DNA of 64,000 nt from IMG/VR virus record IMGVR_UViG_3300032224_000591, positions 32,001 through 96,000 of that record; one strand, given 5' to 3'. This DNA comes from a virus. Below, one piece after another: positions 59,269 through 64,000 of this stretch (position 1 is the stretch's first letter; each line of letters begins with the position of its first letter). The position numbers and the translations under genes were made by a program. The notes under the pieces were generated by a model. That model worked only from the letters and a program-made list of their open reading frames with translations, made no database searches and was not told where the DNA came from.

Positions 59269-60974
59269 TCCTTTTCAAAACCCTGAGATGGAAGAATATC
59301 CTTAGTACTGGGAATATCTTCACCGAGGTTGACTTAAACAAATCTAATACAACGTTGATCGTCGGGGAGAATGGAGCTGGAAAGTCCACAATCCTCGACG
59401 CTTTGACGTACGCTTTGTTTGGTAAACCATTCCGTAAAATCACGAAGCCACAGCTTGTAAACTCTATCACTCGTAAGGACATGGTTGTAGAGATTGAGTT
59501 TGCTATTGGCCGTAATGAGTACATAATTCGTCGTGGCATGAAGCCTAACCTGTTTGAGGTATACCAGAATGGTACCATGCTCAATCAGTCTGCTGAGATG
59601 CGTGACTATCAAGAGTATCTTGAGAAGCATATCCTGAAGCTGAACCTTAAGTCATTCTGTCAGGTTGTCGTACTTGGTTCTGCAACATTTCAACCATTCA
59701 TGCAGCTTGCAGCAGCGCAGCGCAGAGAGATTATTGAGGACCTATTGGACCTACAGATCTTTACAACAATGAATACTCTGTTGAAGGATCGTGTCGCAAA
59801 GAATAATGAAGAGGTATCTGATGCCAATACTGACCAGAAACTTATCCTTGAGAGAATCAAGCTTTTCCATGAAGCCATGGCGGAGAAGCAAAATAGTAAT
59901 GAGAAAATCATTGCTGACAAAGTGGAGCGTATTGAGGAGACGAATCAAAAAGTCGAGTCTCTTAACGAACAATACTGGGAATTTGACAAAAAGATACAAA
60001 GCGGTCGCGAATCTACTGGGGACATGGATTCCATAAACAAGAAGATCACACAGCTCTCACAACTAAAGCATAAGATCGAAGCAAGGAAGTCATTGCTACT
60101 CAATGATGTTCGCTTCTTTGAAGAGCATGATGGTTGTCCTACATGTAAGCAAGAGATTGATGCATACTTTAAGGATGAAACTCTAAAGTCGAAGAAGAGT
60201 GAGATTCAAACTATCGATGGTGGGCTTGAAGAGCTGGTCAATCAGTACAACGCAACTAATCAGCGTCTATCTGATATTATGGATATTCACTCTCAGATCA
60301 ATAATGATAGTATGTCACAGTACAAGATTAAGAGCAATATCGACGCTCTCATCAAGTATCGTGAACAGCTTGAGAGAGACATCAGCCAAATCAATAGTGT
60401 TCAAGCTATTGATGAGGACTATAAGATCTCTGAGCTTGAGCAAGCACTATCTGCATCAACTGATGCGCTGACAAAATTGCTTGAGCAGAAGCAGGTATAT
60501 GTTGCAGCATCTGCCCTGTTGAAGGATGGTGGTATCAAGGCAAGGATTATCAAGCAGTATGTTCCTGTTATTAATAAGCTCATCAATAAATATCTTAGTT
60601 CTATGGATTTCTTTGTGCAGTTCGAACTCGATGAAGAGTTTAATGAAACAATCAAGTCCAGGTTTAGAGATGCCTTTTCTTATGCTTCCTTCTCTGAAGG
60701 GGAAAAGATGCGCATTAACCTTGCGATCCTGTTTACTTGGCGTGCTGTTGCTAAACTCCGCAATTCAGTTAGCACTAATCTACTCATTCTCGATGAGATA
60801 ATGGATAGCTCGCTTGATAACAATGGTACCGAGGAGTTCCTGAAGATTCTTCTTCAGTTCACAAAGGATACTAACACCTTCATCATCAGTCATAAGACAG
60901 ACCAACTTGTCGATAAGTTTGAGTCGGTGCTTAAGTTTGAGAAGAAGCAAAACTTTAGTAAGGTAGCTGCGTGA
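59265..60974 (+). CDS. gp46: Recombination ATPase gp46 (Rad50/SbcC-like)
   Basis: GENGAGKST, CPTCKQ zinc hook, FSEGEK.RI, LILDE..D.SLD, IISH. Confidence 0.96.
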   Translation: MILFKTLRWKNILSTGNIFTEVDLNKSNTTLIVGENGAGKSTILDALTYALFGKPFRKITKPQLVNSITRKDMVVEIEFAIGRNEYIIRRGMKPNLFEVYQNGTMLNQSAEMRDYQEYLEKHILKLNLKSFCQVVVLGSATFQPFMQLAAAQRREIIEDLLDLQIFTTMNTLLKDRVAKNNEEVSDANTDQKLILERIKLFHEAMAEKQNSNEKIIADKVERIEETNQKVESLNEQYWEFDKKIQSGRESTGDMDSINKKITQLSQLKHKIEARKSLLLNDVRFFEEHDGCPTCKQEIDAYFKDETLKSKKSEIQTIDGGLEELVNQYNATNQRLSDIMDIHSQINNDSMSQYKIKSNIDALIKYREQLERDISQINSVQAIDEDYKISELEQALSASTDALTKLLEQKQVYVAASALLKDGGIKARIIKQYVPVINKLINKYLSSMDFFVQFELDEEFNETIKSRFRDAFSYASFSEGEKMRINLAILFTWRAVAKLRNSVSTNLLILDEIMDSSLDNNGTEEFLKILLQFTKDTNTFIISHKTDQLVDKFESVLKFEKKQNFSKVAA

Positions 60975-61558
60975 TGTTTGAAACACTGGTTATTGATGAT
61001 GTACTAGATAGAGTGTATGCGCGTGATCTACATACTATGATCATGCGTGATGCGACATGGAAGTTTCTTAATGATGTGAGCGGAGCCGAGAACCAGTCAT
61101 TTCCATCACATGGGTTTTCCCATCTGATGAAGCATCCTGATGCTGATAATGTCAGCAATCTATATAAACCGGTAACTGGTCTTTTTACTGATGTTTTTAA
61201 GAGCTTTGATCTTAGTGACATCTATCATACGCGTATCTTCCTTCAGTTGCCATTGGCTGAACCTTATATGAAGGAACATAATGGTGTGCATGTGGATCTT
61301 CCTGCGACAATGCCCCATGTTGCTGCAGTTTACTATGTAAATGGCAGCGATGGTGAGACGATCATCTATGAACAAACGTCTGATGCTGTTGTAGGTGGTG
61401 CAAATGTAAAGCTTGACGAGCATGCAAGAGTAAAACCTAAGCGTGGTCGTATGGTACTATTCGACGGCTTACGCTATCATTGCAGTTCACAACCAAAGAT
61501 CAACTATCGCTGTATCATCAACTTCGACCTATTAAAGGGTGAAAATGCTTCTAGTTAA
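60974..61558 (+). CDS. 2OG-Fe(II) oxygenase-like protein
   Basis: HVD, YYVN.SDG.T, PKRGR.VLFDG..YH.S..P....R..INF. Confidence 0.8.
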   Translation: MFETLVIDDVLDRVYARDLHTMIMRDATWKFLNDVSGAENQSFPSHGFSHLMKHPDADNVSNLYKPVTGLFTDVFKSFDLSDIYHTRIFLQLPLAEPYMKEHNGVHVDLPATMPHVAAVYYVNGSDGETIIYEQTSDAVVGGANVKLDEHARVKPKRGRMVLFDGLRYHCSSQPKINYRCIINFDLLKGENASS

Positions 61559-62051
61559 ACACACTGATCCTATTCTGCATGAAACATGCAAACCATTTGA
61601 CTTCTCGAATCCACCTATGGATTCAGTACAATTAGCTAAAGACATGGTTCACTTTATGTACGAAGTCAATGGTATCGGCTTAGCTGCAAATCAGGTTGGA
61701 CTTCCTTATCGAGTTTTTGCTATGCGTGGCCACCCTGAAAACTTTGTATGTTTCAATCCAAAGATTGTACATTTCGGTGACACCGTGGTACAATTAGAAG
61801 AAGGTTGCGTTACGTATCCTGGTATGATAGTCAAAGTCAAGCGACCGCAGTCTATCAGAGTTAGGTACCATATGGCAAATGGTGATGTGCGCACTGATAC
61901 CTTTACCGGTATGTCGGCTAGAATCTTTCAGCATGAGCTAGACCATCTAGATGGCATCATGTTCTACGAAAGAGCTAATCGATACCATCGCGAATTGGCA
62001 ATGAAGAAGTGGAAGCGAAATGAAGTACTCGTTAGTTCGTCAGGGGGATAG
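61545..62051 (+). CDS. def: Peptide deformylase
   Basis: GIGLAANQVG, EGCVT (variant of EGCLS), ARIFQHELDHLDG; alternative GTG start at 61539. Confidence 0.92.
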   Translation: MLLVKHTDPILHETCKPFDFSNPPMDSVQLAKDMVHFMYEVNGIGLAANQVGLPYRVFAMRGHPENFVCFNPKIVHFGDTVVQLEEGCVTYPGMIVKVKRPQSIRVRYHMANGDVRTDTFTGMSARIFQHELDHLDGIMFYERANRYHRELAMKKWKRNEVLVSSSGG

Positions 62052-62304
62052 AAGCGCTGGTGATTCTGGACCTATGTCTGAAATCCTAGATGCTGAAAGC
62101 TATCAGCCAATTCCAGGAGAGGTGTATCCTCGAGTTGGTTGTGGCATTCGAGTTGGTTCACCGTATGGTCGCACCTACTCAGCACAAGATTATTGGCAGA
62201 CCACACCTATCACAGAAATTACCGATGAATGGGTTGATGAAAATGGATTCAGCCATGTCAGGTTTAAGACTAAGAATTCTGTGTATATCTGGAAGGAGTT
62301 TTGA
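62020..62304 (+). CDS. Hypothetical protein
   Basis: 94 aa; YWQTTPITEI...F.T.NS.Y motif. Confidence 0.6.
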   Translation: MKYSLVRQGDRSAGDSGPMSEILDAESYQPIPGEVYPRVGCGIRVGSPYGRTYSAQDYWQTTPITEITDEWVDENGFSHVRFKTKNSVYIWKEF

Positions 62305-62873
62305 TGAATATCTTTTATGTAGATCGTGACCCCGTAGTTGCGGCTCAGTGTCTAGTTGATAAGCATGTAGTCAAGATGATCCTCGAGAGCGCTCAGTTGC
62401 TCTCGACGGCTCATCGTATCCTTGATGGTGAGGAACGTGTTCAACAACGTTTAATACCTGGCACACTAGAGAATCCCATGTATCGTAAGCATCGTACGTG
62501 GAAGCTTCCCGACTCTCGGGATGATACGATGTATCAGGCTACGCATGTCAATCATCCATCTGCTGTGTGGTGCCGAACTTCGATAGAGAACTATAATTGG
62601 CTGGCAGATCACTTCCATGCTCTGCTGTGCGAGTATACGTATCGCTACGGAAAGATCCACAAGTGTGCACTAGATATTAGCTATCTGCTTATGTCCCCTC
62701 CACTAGAGTTGAAGGAGTGGGACATGACTACGATGCCGAGCTGTATGCCTGATGAGTACAAAGTTTCTGATGACCCATGTACAAACTATCGAATGTACTA
62801 TACAATAGGTAAATCAAAGTTGCACAAGTGGACTAAGCGCCAACCTCCGGAGTGGATTAATGGAAACGACTAA
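62301..62873 (+). CDS. Pyrimidine-dimer DNA glycosylase/DenV-like family protein
   Basis: MNIFY.D.DP..AAQ...DKHVVKMILESAQLLSTAH, THVNHPS..W, P.CMPD.YK, YR.YY. Confidence 0.7.
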   Translation: MMNIFYVDRDPVVAAQCLVDKHVVKMILESAQLLSTAHRILDGEERVQQRLIPGTLENPMYRKHRTWKLPDSRDDTMYQATHVNHPSAVWCRTSIENYNWLADHFHALLCEYTYRYGKIHKCALDISYLLMSPPLELKEWDMTTMPSCMPDEYKVSDDPCTNYRMYYTIGKSKLHKWTKRQPPEWINGND

Positions 62874-63063
62874 AGTAGCAGATAGAATGGCAGAGCTCAT
62901 GCTGCCAGTAGATGAGCAGATCATGATGTGTGATGGTGCTGAGGACGTTATGATGATGGCTTGTGCCATGCTTCAGAGGGTCACTGAGATGCTTGATGCA
63001 ACTATGGGTGTAGAAGGTCGTATGCAGCTTCTTAAAGAAATGGCAAATGGAGAGATTCAATGA
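62860..63063 (+). CDS. Hypothetical protein
   Basis: 67 aa Met-rich ORF with GGAG SD, coupled to neighbours. Confidence 0.55.
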   Translation: METTKVADRMAELMLPVDEQIMMCDGAEDVMMMACAMLQRVTEMLDATMGVEGRMQLLKEMANGEIQ

Positions 63064-63263
63064 GCCGATTTGAATGGGACTGGTTTATTGGATGGACATG
63101 CGCGACAGTTACAATTTTAGGGATTGTAACTGCAATTTATTTTGGTGTTCAGGATACTAACGCTAAGTATTATGCATCTATGGATAAGTGCACTACTGCT
63201 GGTGGTTCATTTATTCCTCAGAGTCAAGGTAGCGCAATTTGTATGATGGGAGTTAAGCAATGA
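63060..63263 (+). CDS. Small single-TM membrane protein
   Basis: Hydrophobic N-terminal helix followed by C...GG.......C. Confidence 0.6.
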   Translation: MSRFEWDWFIGWTCATVTILGIVTAIYFGVQDTNAKYYASMDKCTTAGGSFIPQSQGSAICMMGVKQ

Positions 63264-63658
63264 GTCGTGATTGGGTAAGAGACATCTTTACGATGCATAG
63301 CCATTATAAGCAACATAATGCTTTTGATAATATGGACAAGGAGAAGCTACAGAAGTTTCTTGAGTTCCGTATCAACTTCCTTCAGGAAGAACTTGATGAG
63401 ATGAAGAATGCTAAGAATGCGGACAATGTTGTGGATGCTCTTATTGATCTATGTGTGGTGGCTATCGGCACACTTGATGCGTATAATGTAGATGCATACA
63501 AAGCATGGGATGAAGTCCTGGATGCTAATATGAAGAAGGAAGTTGGTATCAAGGAAGGTCGACCTAATCCTCTTGGATTGCCTGACCTAATGAAGCCAGC
63601 TGGTTGGACTGCACCCTCACACATTGGCAATGAAGGCAAACTTAAAGAGATCTTCTAA
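63260..63658 (+). CDS. MazG-like/PRA-PH nucleotide pyrophosphohydrolase
   Basis: FLQEELDE...VVDALIDL..V..GT, V..ANM.K, KP.GW.AP. Confidence 0.75.
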   Translation: MSRDWVRDIFTMHSHYKQHNAFDNMDKEKLQKFLEFRINFLQEELDEMKNAKNADNVVDALIDLCVVAIGTLDAYNVDAYKAWDEVLDANMKKEVGIKEGRPNPLGLPDLMKPAGWTAPSHIGNEGKLKEIF

Positions 63659-64000
63659 TGTCTATCCATGATTATGCGAAGCTGCTTATGCCAAAGAATA
63701 GCTTCATCCTTGAAAAGACACCTGAGCTCAGAGACTTTATTGCCCATAAGGCACATGAAATCTTCCATAATAAAAAGCCTGGTGATAAAAGAACTGTAAC
63801 GCAAGTTTTCTGGGATACAGAAAATTCTGCACCAGAATTTATCATGCATCAAATCAATCCTAACTTTGTTAAAAATCCATGGAATGAAAATTTTAACTCC
63901 AGGGATCCTAAAACTTTTGCTTGGGATGTAAACTATGGTGACGATACTTTTGAACTGAAGCGTTGGCCAGATGATGATCGAACATCATGGTTTAGCTATT
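63658..64000 (+). CDS. Hypothetical protein, 3' truncated by window edge
   Basis: ATG overlapping the previous stop (TAATG); frame MSIHDYAKLLMPKNSF... stays open to the window end. Confidence 0.55.
   Translation, partial: MSIHDYAKLLMPKNSFILEKTPELRDFIAHKAHEIFHNKKPGDKRTVTQVFWDTENSAPEFIMHQINPNFVKNPWNENFNSRDPKTFAWDVNYGDDTFELKRWPDDDRTSWFSY

Noticed and set aside
63655-63852. Minus-strand 65-aa ORF and other short antisense ORFs in the track
   Set aside because: They are shadows of longer, motif-bearing or translationally coupled plus-strand genes
1-64000. Stop-codon reassignment, introns or inteins in core genes, tRNA genes
   Set aside because: TAA, TAG and TGA all terminate genes at expected ends; gp17, gp20, gp23, UvsW and gp46 are uninterrupted and of ordinary length; intergenic gaps are short and show no cloverleaf

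Overview
This window is a continuous segment of a T4-like myovirus genome (standard genetic code, almost entirely + strand). The gene order resembles T4-like phages outside the enterobacterial T-even group. Positions 1-29.8 kb hold baseplate and tail-fibre genes: gp48, gp53, hub, a gp5 spike split into three ORFs, PAAR, gp25, gp6, gp7, gp8, VrlC-like proteins, several modular fibres and a gp38-like polyglycine adhesin. Positions 40.4-55.5 kb are the neck/terminase/tail/head core (gp13-gp23, gp3). These are followed by uvsY, uvsW, gp55, gp47, gp46 and auxiliary genes (2OG-Fe(II) oxygenase, peptide deformylase, DenV-like, MazG-like). The most unusual part is an approximately 11 kb island (29.3-40.3 kb) between the adhesin and gp13. 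It encodes four PP-loop (SGGxDS) ATP-pyrophosphatase-like proteins, three orphan signal-peptide-bearing TctC/Bug solute-binding proteins, a His-box membrane desaturase/hydroxylase and three 2OG-Fe(II)-type oxygenases. Part of it is a repeated [small protein - PP-loop enzyme - TctC] module, and it carries late-promoter-like TAAATA boxes. Other notable signals: a possible -1 slippery site joining the gp5 OB domain to a glycine-zipper protein that replaces the lysozyme; dense N-X-S/T sequons in virion surface proteins; a daisy-chain of DGGxF / KRS..GELA fibre termini; and a putative protease-processed internal head polyprotein. All calls come from motif recognition and synteny by eye; no database searches were run.
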